Shown here: in pieces, positions 9,558-19,477 of the stretch | How positions within the stretch are numbered: the stretch's first letter is position 1 | How the letters are laid out: each line of letters begins with the position of its first letter | From: Polyangiaceae bacterium | Lineage (GTDB): Bacteria; Myxococcota_A; Polyangia; Polyangiales; Polyangiaceae | NCBI GenBank assembly: GCA_044376115.1 | Contig: JBILLK010000026.1 | Location: 1 to 64,000, forward strand | Direction: 5' to 3' | Length of the DNA stretch: 64,000 nucleotides | Translations under genes and position numbers: made by a program | The notes under the pieces: generated by a model | Seen by the model: only the letters and a program-made list of their open reading frames with translations | Databases searched by the model: none | Told to the model about the DNA's origin: nothing

Positions 9558-12500
9558 TCACGGTGCAGCTGCCAGTCCCGGCAACCACGCCCTCGCCCAA
9601 ACGGCTGGGTTGGCGATTCCCTGTGCACCAAGCTCTCGCTCGGCCCGCGCCACTTGCGCCTCGCCCTCCGCTCCCAAAAGGCCGCCGAGCGCTCGCTCCG
9701 CGCACGCAGCGTGGGTCAACATTCCTTCGCCGCGAAAGGTGACCATCGCCTGGGAAAAGGCTAATTCCGCAACGGCGCGACTTCCGGTTTGAGCTGCGTA
9801 CACTCCACGCACGAGCGCCGCTACGGCGACTCCGACCGGCAACGGCTCTCGAGCCAGAGCGACGGCATCCTTGTGCGCGTCCTCCAGTAGCTTGAGACGA
9901 CCACTCGAACGTCGAGCAGCCAGTGCGAGCGACACGATAGCCCGCAACTGCAGCGCAAAGATCCGCACGACCGCCATCGCCAACAAGCCAGAACCATCGA
10001 GCAACGGCCAGGCCTGCTGCACCATCCCATAGGCTCGCTCCGGTTCATCGCAGTAAAGCGCGTGAAAGGCCGAAGCCCTTAGCCCCAGCCAGTGCTGAAA
10101 CAAGAAGCCGTCTTCCGCTGACGGCCACGACTGCAAGGCGCGCAGCTGCGCAGGGACCTGACTCGGAACGTCGCGGGCGAGACTGCAGCGCGCAAGGTAT
10201 AGCGACGCCTGGACGCGCAGATAGAGATTGCCGGTAGCCTCGCCCTCACGGAGACAGAGACCAGCGCGTCGCTCCACTTCGGGCCAGTGGCCCAGCGCCT
10301 CGAGCGCGAGCAGGGCCGTCATCTCGCCGTAGCCGCGTTCGTGCTGATAGCCCACACCTTGCCATCTCAGCGTTTGCACCGCCGGCTCGAGCACAGCGAG
10401 CGAGTCGGTCCAGCGGCCTGCCGACATCATCGCAATGCCCTGATGCACCCGAACCGACGCGAGCACCGACGCGTCCTTCGTCTCGAGGGCGACGCGCTCT
10501 GCGTCGCGTAGCAACGTATTGCCCCAACGTACGAGCGGCCCCGCGCTGGCGTACGCGAGCGCGCTCCCTACCGCCGCCAAGCTGCGGGCGCCGCTCACAG
10601 AATCCCCGGTGCGCAGCGCAAGACGCAGCGTCTCCGCCGAAAAGAAGGCACCGCGCACCATATCGAACGCGGAGAGGCCGCGAGCCGCAGCGAAGGCGGT
10701 GACGAGCCGGACTTGGTCCTTCTCATCCGGGACGGGCGGGGGCTTGAACGCAATCTTGGACAGACCAATCCGCGCCAAGCGCAGGCTCATTTGTGCCATG
10801 GCCGCCGTCGGCGTAGCTGGGAACGAAAGGCCGATCGCGTCGGCGACGCTGTGCAATACGTCGCGCCCCTCGGCCACGCGGCCCGCAACCAAGAGCTGCT
10901 CGCCTGCCCGACGACGCAGCTCGAGCGCGAGCTCGGGCTCGCTCTCCACGGCAGCCTCACGCAAGACCCCACCCGCTTCGGCGCAACGCCCCGCATTGAT
11001 CAATGCGTTGGCGCGGGCGATACACAACCCTACGCGTGCGCCTGGTTGGGCCCCCGATTCGATCACCTGTTCGTAGAAATGCGCCGCTCGGTCGAAGGCC
11101 AGCGCGCTGACCGCGCGCTCTGCGGCTTGGAGCGCGTACTTGCCGCCCGTCTCTTTGTCGCCCGCGGCGAGGAAGTGTTGCGCAAGCAGCTCGGGTGCGG
11201 CTTCTCGACGCTCGAGCGAGAGCGCCAACGTACGGTGGTAGGCAACGCGCGTCGTCACCGGGAGTGCGCCCACGACCACCTCGCGAATGCGATCGTGATA
11301 GACCTCCAGCCCATCGTAATCACCGATGCCGCCTGCGCGCACCAGCGACGAGGCGACCAGCTCGCGCAAACTCGGGAGCGCCGCAGGACCAAGCGCCGCA
11401 GCGGCGAAGGCGTCCCCGACCTGAATCGACTGAGCAGCGACCGACACCAGCTCGAGCAGCTGCCGCGGTCCGGCGGCCAGTTGCTCCACCCGAGCGAGCA
11501 CGACGCGCTCGAGCGATGCTTCCGCCGATTTTGGCGCGAGTTCCTGATAGCGCGCGAGCGTCTCGATGAAGAACGGACTGCCGTAAGATTCTGCCGCGAT
11601 GAAATGGGCGCGTTCGGCCGAGTCTCCGACGCAGGCCTGCGCTAGAGCCAAGGCATCACCGGCCGCTAGCGCGTTGAGTTGTATGACGTGCTCTCGAGCC
11701 ATCAGCGTCGACCCAGAGAGCTCTCGAAGAAACGGCGATTGGCCCTCCTCTCCTTCGCGGAACGTTCCCACGAACATCAGGCCCTCGAGGCCAGGAGCGG
11801 CCACGAGATCACGCAGGAGCTGCGCGCTATCCGCGTCCCCCCACTGCAGGTCATCCACCGCGATGACCACAGGCCCGACTTCGCATAGCGACCGCATCAG
11901 CTCGCGTAGCGCCGAAAAGCCACGTGTCCGCAGCTCGTTCATGTCGCCAACTGCGCCGCCCTCGCGCCCCCCCTTGCCAACTAAGCCGGCGAGGGACGGG
12001 AACATCGCCGCAAGCTCGAGGCTGCCGACGTGGGGAACAGCAATGGAATCGTGCACGCCATCCCGGCGGGTGAGGTGAGCAACCAAGGCCTCGACGACGG
12101 CGTCAAACGCCTTGTACGGCACCGATTCGCACGCAAAACAGCGGCCGCGAAGCACCAGCGGCGGCTGCTCCAAAGCCTCGGCTTGGGCCAGGAATTGGCG
12201 CAACAGCGCGCTCTTTCCGAGTCCCGACCCACCGCGGAGCCAGCGCACGGCCGAGCCTCGAGCAGAAACTCGCGCGAGGTCTGCGTGAAGTAGCGCCAGC
12301 TCGCCCGTTCGTCCTAGAAAAACTGGGCGCAGAGACGCAAGCAGCGTGGTCGAAGTCGTTGAACCGGCCTGCCCCAACGCGCTCAAGACCTGCACCCCGG
12401 TAGGGCGCGCGCGAGGGTCGCGGAGCAGCAGCTTCGCGCACAAGTCGTCCAAGTCGGGTGGAACGTGCTTCGACTTTTGCGAAGGTCGAACCACTTCGAT

Positions 12501-13322
12501 GGCTTCATGCGACGCATCACCGGGCCGGACCGTCGGTAGTTCCCCTGTGAGCGCCAAGAACAGCGTCACACCAAACGCGTACCAATCGCTTGCACGCTCC
12601 GCAGGCAACCCTGCGACTTGCTCGGGCGCCATGAAGGCCGGCGTCCCTGCCGATGGGCCGGGACTCGTACACGAGCCGTCATCGAGCAGACCAAAGTCCA
12701 CCACGACCACGCGCCCCGCTGCCTCGACCAAAATGTTGCTCGGCTTCAGATCGCGATGCAGCCGTCCGCTCTCGTGAAGAGCGTGAACCGCCTCGGCGAG
12801 CGCGCGCAATGCGCCTCGCAAACGTTCGCTGTCCAACGTGCCCGCCGCAGCGACCTGCGGAAGACCGTGAAGGCTCGAGCCGGTCGGTAGATCCGCGAGC
12901 GCGCTCGAGCGCCGCACGAACGAGCAGAAGTCGACCCCATCGACGAACTCCATCGCAAGGAAGGCGCACGCCTCCGAAACGGCGAGCTCATAGACCGCAC
13001 AAAGGCCAGGATGCGAAAGGTCCGCGACCGACCTGAACTCGGACTTGAGCGCGGAGATGCGACTGGGCGAGGATGCACGCAAGATCTTGATCGCCACGTA
13101 GTGACCGTGGCGGTCGCGAGCTTGATAAACGACACCTAGCCCACCCGCTCCGATGCGACGGAGCACTTCGTAGTTGCCGAGCTGAACTGGACTGGCTGGA
13201 GAAGCAGCATCGAGTCGGCGCTCCAACGCGCCAGACGTGCCAGCCGACTCGTCTCGCATAACGTCCTCGTCTTGGGTCCGACCCGAAAAGACGACTGGCG
13301 TCAAAGAGTTCACATTCTCCAT
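9558..13322 (-). CDS. Ser/Thr kinase fused to an AAA/STAND-type ATPase and TPR-like helical region
   Basis: GAGGLGVV, AIK, HRDLKPSN, DFG, GTPAFMAPE; Walker A GGSGLGKS; Walker B IAVDDLQWGD; GSPFFI motif. Confidence 0.88.
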   Translation of the reverse strand: MENVNSLTPVVFSGRTQDEDVMRDESAGTSGALERRLDAASPASPVQLGNYEVLRRIGAGGLGVVYQARDRHGHYVAIKILRASSPSRISALKSEFRSVADLSHPGLCAVYELAVSEACAFLAMEFVDGVDFCSFVRRSSALADLPTGSSLHGLPQVAAAGTLDSERLRGALRALAEAVHALHESGRLHRDLKPSNILVEAAGRVVVVDFGLLDDGSCTSPGPSAGTPAFMAPEQVAGLPAERASDWYAFGVTLFLALTGELPTVRPGDASHEAIEVVRPSQKSKHVPPDLDDLCAKLLLRDPRARPTGVQVLSALGQAGSTTSTTLLASLRPVFLGRTGELALLHADLARVSARGSAVRWLRGGSGLGKSALLRQFLAQAEALEQPPLVLRGRCFACESVPYKAFDAVVEALVAHLTRRDGVHDSIAVPHVGSLELAAMFPSLAGLVGKGGREGGAVGDMNELRTRGFSALRELMRSLCEVGPVVIAVDDLQWGDADSAQLLRDLVAAPGLEGLMFVGTFREGEEGQSPFLRELSGSTLMAREHVIQLNALAAGDALALAQACVGDSAERAHFIAAESYGSPFFIETLARYQELAPKSAEASLERVVLARVEQLAAGPRQLLELVSVAAQSIQVGDAFAAAALGPAALPSLRELVASSLVRAGGIGDYDGLEVYHDRIREVVVGALPVTTRVAYHRTLALSLERREAAPELLAQHFLAAGDKETGGKYALQAAERAVSALAFDRAAHFYEQVIESGAQPGARVGLCIARANALINAGRCAEAGGVLREAAVESEPELALELRRRAGEQLLVAGRVAEGRDVLHSVADAIGLSFPATPTAAMAQMSLRLARIGLSKIAFKPPPVPDEKDQVRLVTAFAAARGLSAFDMVRGAFFSAETLRLALRTGDSVSGARSLAAVGSALAYASAGPLVRWGNTLLRDAERVALETKDASVLASVRVHQGIAMMSAGRWTDSLAVLEPAVQTLRWQGVGYQHERGYGEMTALLALEALGHWPEVERRAGLCLREGEATGNLYLRVQASLYLARCSLARDVPSQVPAQLRALQSWPSAEDGFLFQHWLGLRASAFHALYCDEPERAYGMVQQAWPLLDGSGLLAMAVVRIFALQLRAIVSLALAARRSSGRLKLLEDAHKDAVALAREPLPVGVAVAALVRGVYAAQTGSRAVAELAFSQAMVTFRGEGMLTHAACAERALGGLLGAEGEAQVARAERELGAQGIANPAVWARAWLPGLAAAP

Positions 13323-13399
13323 CGCGAGAGAAATTCAGTTCAACGCGGACAGCAGTACCCCCGCAAGCGCTTTGTCTCCTCGATAGGACGGACACATTG

Positions 13400-13430
13400 A
13401 GTGTGTCGGCCGACACGACTCCGACACACT
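13400..13430. promoter_or_regulatory. Inverted repeat in the divergent intergenic region, candidate operator/enhancer
   Basis: AGTGTGTCGG-N11-CCGACACACT with nested GTGTCGGCCGACAC palindrome. Confidence 0.45.
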
Positions 13431-13488
13431 TCGCCAACCGCTCGCGCGCTTGAATACGGCAAGACCGCACACCGGGAGTCCAGCGCGG

Positions 13489-14226
13489 ATGAAGTGGGAG
13501 CTGGCACGCAACTCGCTACACACCAGCCGCTTGACTCAAGTCACGAACCTCGGCGACGAGCTGTTGCGCAACGCGACGATCAAAGTCCTCGTCGTTGCGG
13601 ACTCATCGGTTGGCCTCAACCCGAACTTCGGCGTCGGCAAGGCGATCGAGGCGATTCGCGCGCACGCTCCGAGCTACGCGAAAATCCTGGTCGATCTCGC
13701 ACGACGGGATCAGCAGGGGAACCACCTGGACACATTTGCGGTCAACCCCACGGCCAACCAGACCACCCTGATCGCGAAGTACCGAGGGCTACGCTTCGAC
13801 CATGCGGAGAGCGGTGATCGGACCTCCGACCCGGCGCTTCAAATCATCAGCCAGTACGACCAGATTTGGGTGTTCGGATTTGCCCCTGTCGGCGCTCGCA
13901 CGCCTGCAGTTGATGATGACGAGGTCCGAGCGCTCACTCGTTGGATGGACGAGAGACGCGGGGGGGTGTTCGCGACAGGTATCGCTGGCACCTTGGGAGC
14001 TGCGCTTGCCGCGCGCATCCCGCGCGTTTCGACGATGCGACGGTGGACGCGAGGCCCAGCGGAGGCTCGCGCTGCGAGCTTCACGCTCACCTCCCTCCCC
14101 CACCCCGTTCTTTGTGGTGGCAGCGATTTCGGTCTCATCGACGTCCTGCCGGATCATTCGCATGAGGGCTGGGTCCACGAAGACGCTGAGGTCGACCTCA
14201 GTAGGACGACGTTGTCCAAGCTGTAA
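13489..14226 (+). pseudogene. N-terminal half of a conserved hypothetical protein; continues at 42984
   Basis: YDQIWVFG, ALTRWMDERRGGVFATG, IPRVSTMRRW, PHPVLC, IDVLPDHSHEG; ends ...DLSRTTLSKL-TAA. Confidence 0.7.
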
Positions 14227-14249
14227 CTGCTGCTGCCGGCGCGTCTAAA

Positions 14250-15197
14250 CTACGGCCGAAGAGGCTGTCCGGAGCCGTCGATGCCCATCAGCTCCATCAG
14301 CGGACCATAGCCACTTTGACTGTGGCCGAGGATGACGCCGCTGCCGTCCAGCGTGATGTCCCAGGAGACGGCTCCATCGTAGACGGCGTGGAGATACTTG
14401 ATCCGAACGCCATGAGGCGTTCTCTCCTCAGCGAGATCGGGCTGCATATGGACGTAGTGGTCGAGGCTTGGGTACGTCCTGCCGATCGCTGCCTGGCCGG
14501 TGATCGACTTGCCAAGGGCGAAGGCTCGGTCGAGCACCCGTTTTCGTTCATCGAGGGACAGGTCCACCTCCTCTGCGGCGAAGGCTGTGATCCGCACCGT
14601 CATCGTGCCGCGGTTGTCCGTGCAATCGTTGTCGTTGATCGTGAAGTGGAGCGGGGCCGCCTTGTTGATCTTCACCGTCCAGGAGGGCCCGACCTCGAAG
14701 GGCTCCGCATCTCCGACGCTCGCGAGCAGCGCGCCGCGATGCGCTTCACTGATGAGGAAACCGCCGACGGTCATCGCGCCGGAGGCATCCGCTACTGGCT
14801 CGTCGACACTGGTTAGGTGGCCGGAGAATCCCTCTGGCCCCACCTGTTTGCTGCGCAAGTCTGCGGTGCATTGCGCTTCACAGACGCTCCACGCGCCGAC
14901 GGCTTCAATGTGCACGAGCTGTCCTGCCTCGAAAGGCTGAGTCGTTGTCATTTCGCACGAGGTGGCCGGAACCGTGACCTCCACGCTCGGCTTCTCGCGG
15001 CCTGGAGAGGCCGATGGACCGGGCGTGGACGCAGTGTTGGCAGGCGATACGGGGGCTTTCGGGTGTGGCGCTGCGGCGGCACAGGAGAGCTGCGCCACGA
15101 GCGCGACGAACGAGGCGCGGCGTCCCGCAACAGGCGGCTTGCGAGCACAGGTCGTGAGCGTGCGATTCATAAGCAGCCTTTCGCACAGGATCGACAT
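14250..15197 (-). CDS. Hypothetical exported protein with possible jelly-roll/lectin-like domain
   Basis: G.LVHIEAVGAWS, GALLASVG, LHFTINDND..DNRGTMTVRI; TAGAAT 7 nt before ATG 15197. Confidence 0.6.
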   Translation of the reverse strand: MSILCERLLMNRTLTTCARKPPVAGRRASFVALVAQLSCAAAAPHPKAPVSPANTASTPGPSASPGREKPSVEVTVPATSCEMTTTQPFEAGQLVHIEAVGAWSVCEAQCTADLRSKQVGPEGFSGHLTSVDEPVADASGAMTVGGFLISEAHRGALLASVGDAEPFEVGPSWTVKINKAAPLHFTINDNDCTDNRGTMTVRITAFAAEEVDLSLDERKRVLDRAFALGKSITGQAAIGRTYPSLDHYVHMQPDLAEERTPHGVRIKYLHAVYDGAVSWDITLDGSGVILGHSQSGYGPLMELMGIDGSGQPLRP

Positions 15198-15256
15198 CGC
15201 AGGCATTCTACGCAGCCGAGGGCCAGGGTTCTGCAGGTTCGTGATAAAGCAGAACG

Positions 15257-16006
15257 ATGCACGGAAGACAGGTATTCGCAGCTGCCCTGCTCCTTGTCGC
15301 ATGCAAAAGGAATTCGGGCGACGAGGGCGCCGTACGCGAGGATCTGCAGAAGGCCGACGCGCTGCGCACGCAGCACATCGACGCGCTGCGCGCTGGGCTC
15401 GCCGCGGCGAACAACCTCACGGTCGGCACCGCGCCGTGCCCGCAGATCAAGCCCCGCCAAGAGCCGAAAGACGCCGCCGAACGCAAGCTCCAGGGCCAGC
15501 TAGCGAGCATGCAAGCCGCCGCCGGTGGTGAGCTCGGTCATACAGTGGTCGTGCCCAGCGACAAGCTCGCAGAGCTCGTCCCCGCGACGGCGGTCCGCGT
15601 CGCCCGAAGGAGCGAGAGCGTCGCGGCGGAGCTCGGCAAGAGTTCACTCCAACGCAGCAGAGATTTCGCCGCCCTGCAAAAGGATGCCGCTGAGCTCGCT
15701 GCCGAGAGCTATTGGACCTTCGACGTGATCGCCGTCGTGGATCAGCGCCAAGCCCCGTCCGAGGTGCGCCCGGAGAAGGGCACCTTCAAATCGGGCGCCG
15801 TCGTTGGCAGCAGCTACTTGTACGACTATCAGGCCAAGGCGATCGTTTGCGCAGGCCGCTTCGAGGCTACCAGCGGCGGCAGCGTCGACTACGCCAGCCA
15901 GAATCAGCCTGTTCCGAGGAACAACGCCGGCTACGCCGCTGCAGTCGACCTCGACGCCCAGACGATGAAGGCCGCCGAAGAGGCCCTGCGCGCCCTACCG
16001 CGTTAG
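15257..16006 (+). CDS. Hypothetical lipoprotein
   Basis: Lipobox LVAC; GTFKSGAVVG..YLYDYQAKAIVCAG. Confidence 0.7.
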   Translation: MHGRQVFAAALLLVACKRNSGDEGAVREDLQKADALRTQHIDALRAGLAAANNLTVGTAPCPQIKPRQEPKDAAERKLQGQLASMQAAAGGELGHTVVVPSDKLAELVPATAVRVARRSESVAAELGKSSLQRSRDFAALQKDAAELAAESYWTFDVIAVVDQRQAPSEVRPEKGTFKSGAVVGSSYLYDYQAKAIVCAGRFEATSGGSVDYASQNQPVPRNNAGYAAAVDLDAQTMKAAEEALRALPR

Positions 16007-16149
16007 AGGCTACTGCTCGGTGGGCCTCGGCACAAAATCGGGGGACGCAGCTCCGGCGGCAACCCTCAGGCTTTCCCCAGTCGCAGTCGGTTGAACACAC
16101 GCGCTGTCCAGCCCCAAAGTCCTCAGCGAGGACCGCAATCATGCAGTCT

Positions 16150-17110
16150 TCAGTCAGGGCTCACGACGAGCGTCGGCGGCTTGCACGACACCCTGCCATC
16201 CGGAGCGCTCGAACCCGACGGGGCGATCGCGCAGATGGTCTCAAGCAGCGCTTTGTGGTGTGCCCCGCCGCGTTCCAGCTCGTCGAAGACGGGTGTGCCC
16301 CCAACCGCGAGCGCCACGAGGCTGGGGGCGACGCCCTTCGCGCTCCCCGCGAGCTCACGAAGCGCGAGCAACGCAGTTGGTATCGCGGTGCGGCTGGTGT
16401 TCAGCATCTGGACGATCGCGGGGGCGATGCGTTCTCCCTGATCTCGAAAGGCCGCGAGTGCCTGAGCGTGGGGCTCCGCATCCAAGCCGCCGAAGGAGTC
16501 GAGCGCGCGGACGTGGAGGTCAGCCGCGCGCGCTCGCTCCGGGGTCGTCAGCTTCAAGAGCGCGTCGGCTGCGGCCGCCTGCACAAACGGCGTTGCGTGT
16601 TCAAGGAATCGTGAGATCTCGGGGACGTGAAGCTTGCCAACCTCCGGGTTCTCCCCCAGATGCTTGAGCGCGAAGGTGATCTTCAGCGTGTCGTTGCCGC
16701 TGAGGTTGGCGACCGCGTCAGCGTTCAGGTCGGCCTGGCGTCGTGCCTCGCGCTCGCGTGGCGGTTCGGTGCTGACGACCTCCGCAATGCATCGTTGCGA
16801 AACGCAGCGAGCGCGCGGATAGGGGAGGTTTTGGTGCTGGCAGTCGGTCGCCATGTTTTCGCCCTTGGTAGTAGCTGCTGGCCTCCTTGGCGGAGGCCTT
16901 TCGAACCACGTCGAATTCGCCGCAGATGGCCTTCACGACGACGCAGTCGGCGTCCTCGTTGCAGGTGTACCAAGCGCTCTGATCCGAGCTCTCGCCGCTC
17001 GCGGCGCTGGGGCTTGCGCTGGCACTGCCACTGGCAATCGACGCCGGCTCGTCGATCAGCTGCGGAGTCTCGCAACCGAGGAGCAGGGCGATGACGAGCA
17101 GGTTGCGCAT
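16150..17110 (-). CDS. Hypothetical lipoprotein with HEAT-like helical region, +1 frameshift at ~16862
   Basis: MRNLLVIALLLGC start. Deleting one base of the CCC run at 16862-16864 joins YYQG-ENMATDCQHQ. Confidence 0.6.
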
Positions 17111-17408
17111 CCCCGAGCGTCGCACGGGCGGGTCAGTTCCAACAAGCGCTCGAACGCCGACTGCCCGACAGCAGCGCTTGCGTCGGGCAGCCCGATGCGC
17201 TGAGCCTCAAGCGGGCGACGAGGGCGAAAGTCTTTGCTGATCGGCAGTCAGGCCAGTGGCCACGATGGAGGCGAGCAGCGCGGCTCTGGGTCGGCCTGCC
17301 CGAGATCCGCAACGTGGAAGACGTTGCAGTCGTGATCGTCGGTCGCGGCCCCGAGCTGCCCTTGCAGGCGAGCGCCGCATCGAAACCGTGATGCTGGGTT
17401 CCAGCGCC

Positions 17409-18142
17409 CTAAAGAGAGCCGGCTACCGTGACACCGGGGATCGGCCCTTCGGCAGTCACGATAAACGGTAGTAAGCCGGCTTTGGAGTGAGCCTTCTCGT
17501 GTGCGACGCCACGCAGGATGAGGCTCGTCACGCCATGAACGGTAAGGGCGCCAGACCACGCCGCTAGCCCGATCCATCCGGCTCTGCCCTCCGGGTCGGT
17601 CACGGCTTTGATGGTGGTAAGTAAGAGCTCTGGGGCCATCAAAGCTGTCTGCGGGATACTCATGTAGTCAGGCAACGACCGGCCGTCCGCGATCGTGCCA
17701 AACGCTACTCCGGTAAAAAACACGTTCAGTGCCACCACCGTCGAGAGGCCGAAGCGTCCTTTCACATCCAGGCTACCGCTGCCCTCGTCGATCAAGCTCC
17801 AGCGCCGAACACCGAGAGCGTGCCCAACCAGCTCGCAAACGGAAAGAGCGCGAGGTCAATACCATCATCGTCTTTGTCAAAGGCTGCGAACCCGGTCGCC
17901 AGCCCGTTGAACAACAGTGCCTGGACTCCGACGACGGTGGTCTGCGCGACCATCCAACCGGAGTCGGGCTCTACGTTCTCGTCGACCCGAATCCCCGTAT
18001 AGATGGTGAACACAAGATCTGACACGCCGAGCCCGGCGAAGAGCGTCCCGAGCACGACCGCGCCTTCGTCAGCCCGTGCCTCCTGTGCAGCCATGCAACA
18101 ACCGACCACGATGGGAAGCCCGAGGACTGCACGTCGCCACAT
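17409..18142 (-). CDS. Hypothetical multi-pass membrane protein, -1 frameshift at ~17801
   Basis: Signal peptide ending ARA, hydrophobic helices in both ORF pieces. Adding one base gives SVFGAWSLIDEGS. Confidence 0.6.
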
Positions 18143-18189
18143 GCTCGCGAGTGTAGTGCGCTTTGCGAGAAATTCGGACGGGATCCGAA

Positions 18190-18286
18190 GCTCATAGCCC
18201 TCGTGTTGGGCACCGAGCGCCATGGCGAGACGCACCACGCTCGCGAGGTCGGAGTGTGCGGCCGCTCGGATCGCCAACAGGCTCAC
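18190..18286 (-). pseudogene. 5' remnant of a probable second GNAT gene
   Basis: GTG overlapping the upstream stop (GTGA); VSLLAIRAAAHSDLASVVRLAMALGAQHEGYE, then similarity is lost. Confidence 0.4.
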
Positions 18287-18825
18287 CTTGGAGAGGCGTC
18301 CTCGTTCTGTTCGACCTTCACCTTCAAGGCCTTCATGAACGTCACCTTGTCGTCGCCGATGCCGTAGTGGTCGGGGCTTCGGTCGACGGCCGTGTAGCCG
18401 CGGCCTTCGTAAAAGCGCCGCGCGCGCTCGAGCGCAGGAAGGGAGCTCGTCTCGATGTAGAGCGCCGTACCGCCCGATTGGGTGACGTGGTCCTCGACTC
18501 GGCGCAACAGCGCATCGCCAACCCCTTGGCCGTGCCGCGACGGCGCGACTCCAATCCAAAAGAGCTCCCAAGCCCCGTCCGCTCCGTCGCGAGGCGCGAA
18601 GTACACCCACCCCCCGGGCACGTCATTCGCTGGGTCGACCCACACCCGAACCTCATGGTCTTTGCCCAGCTCGCCCTGGTGAAGCGCTTCGAGCGTGCCC
18701 CGAAGAAGTGCGTCGGCCTCGCCAGGACCGAAGATTCCTGTCGATTCGCCGAGGGCCACGAGAAACGCGGTCTCGGCAGGGAGCGCTGAGCGGATCAAAG
18801 GGGAGGAGCTTGACGTAGCAGTCAT
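18283..18825 (-). CDS. GNAT family N-acetyltransferase
   Basis: WELFWIGVAPSRHGQGVGDALL, ETSS, ARRFYEGRGY. Confidence 0.85.
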   Translation of the reverse strand: MTATSSSSPLIRSALPAETAFLVALGESTGIFGPGEADALLRGTLEALHQGELGKDHEVRVWVDPANDVPGGWVYFAPRDGADGAWELFWIGVAPSRHGQGVGDALLRRVEDHVTQSGGTALYIETSSLPALERARRFYEGRGYTAVDRSPDHYGIGDDKVTFMKALKVKVEQNEDASPR

Positions 18826-18829
18826 GATG

Positions 18830-18844
18830 TATGCGTTACGCATA
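18830..18844. promoter_or_regulatory. Palindromic operator, probably for the adjacent MarR regulator
   Basis: TATGCGT-T-ACGCATA immediately upstream of the GNAT start in an AT-richer divergent spacer. Confidence 0.6.
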
Positions 18845-18931
18845 GATACAGGATTGGTTTCGGCTGAATTAAAAATAAACGCTGAGCTCACTAGGTGCAT
18901 CGAGGACTAGCCGCATGCATGATGGAGAACG

Positions 18932-19444
18932 ATGAAGTCAGCTAACGTGGCCAACCTCCTCGGGTCATTGGCAGTACTGCTCACCGACGAAATGTCTGAT
19001 GCGGCGTCGCGCACCCAATCTCCGACAGCGTCGGCAGCACTGCTCCTGCTTCAGAAGTACCCTGGGTCGTCCGTCGAAGAGCTTCGTCATCCGCTCGCGT
19101 TGTCGCACTCGGGCTGTGTGCGCCTCATCGACCGGCTCGAGGGGGATGGGATGGTCGAGCGGCGCGCCGCCGACGATGCGCGGGCGATCGCCATCATCCT
19201 GACCCGAAAAGGCCGCGAGGCGGCAGAGTACGTCCGTTCGCGTCGCGAGGAGGTGCTTCTCGCGGCGGTGTCTACGTTAACGCGCGAAGAACAGGAGACA
19301 CTGGGCTCCCTCGTGACGAAGTTGCTCGATCGCAAGGTCGTCGTTGCGCGAACTGCGATGCGCACGTGCCGTCTGTGCGACTACGACGCGTGCGTCAGCT
19401 GCCCAATGCACAAGTTCGCAACGGAAGACGATTCCATGCAATGA
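18932..19444 (+). CDS. MarR family regulator with Cys-rich C-terminus
   Basis: LSHSGCVRLIDRLEGDGMVER...DDARAIAIILTRKG; tail CRLCDYDACVSCP. Confidence 0.85.
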   Translation: MKSANVANLLGSLAVLLTDEMSDAASRTQSPTASAALLLLQKYPGSSVEELRHPLALSHSGCVRLIDRLEGDGMVERRAADDARAIAIILTRKGREAAEYVRSRREEVLLAAVSTLTREEQETLGSLVTKLLDRKVVVARTAMRTCRLCDYDACVSCPMHKFATEDDSMQ

Positions 19445-19477
19445 GGTGACGAACCTGAAACTAGAAGACGGAGTCAC

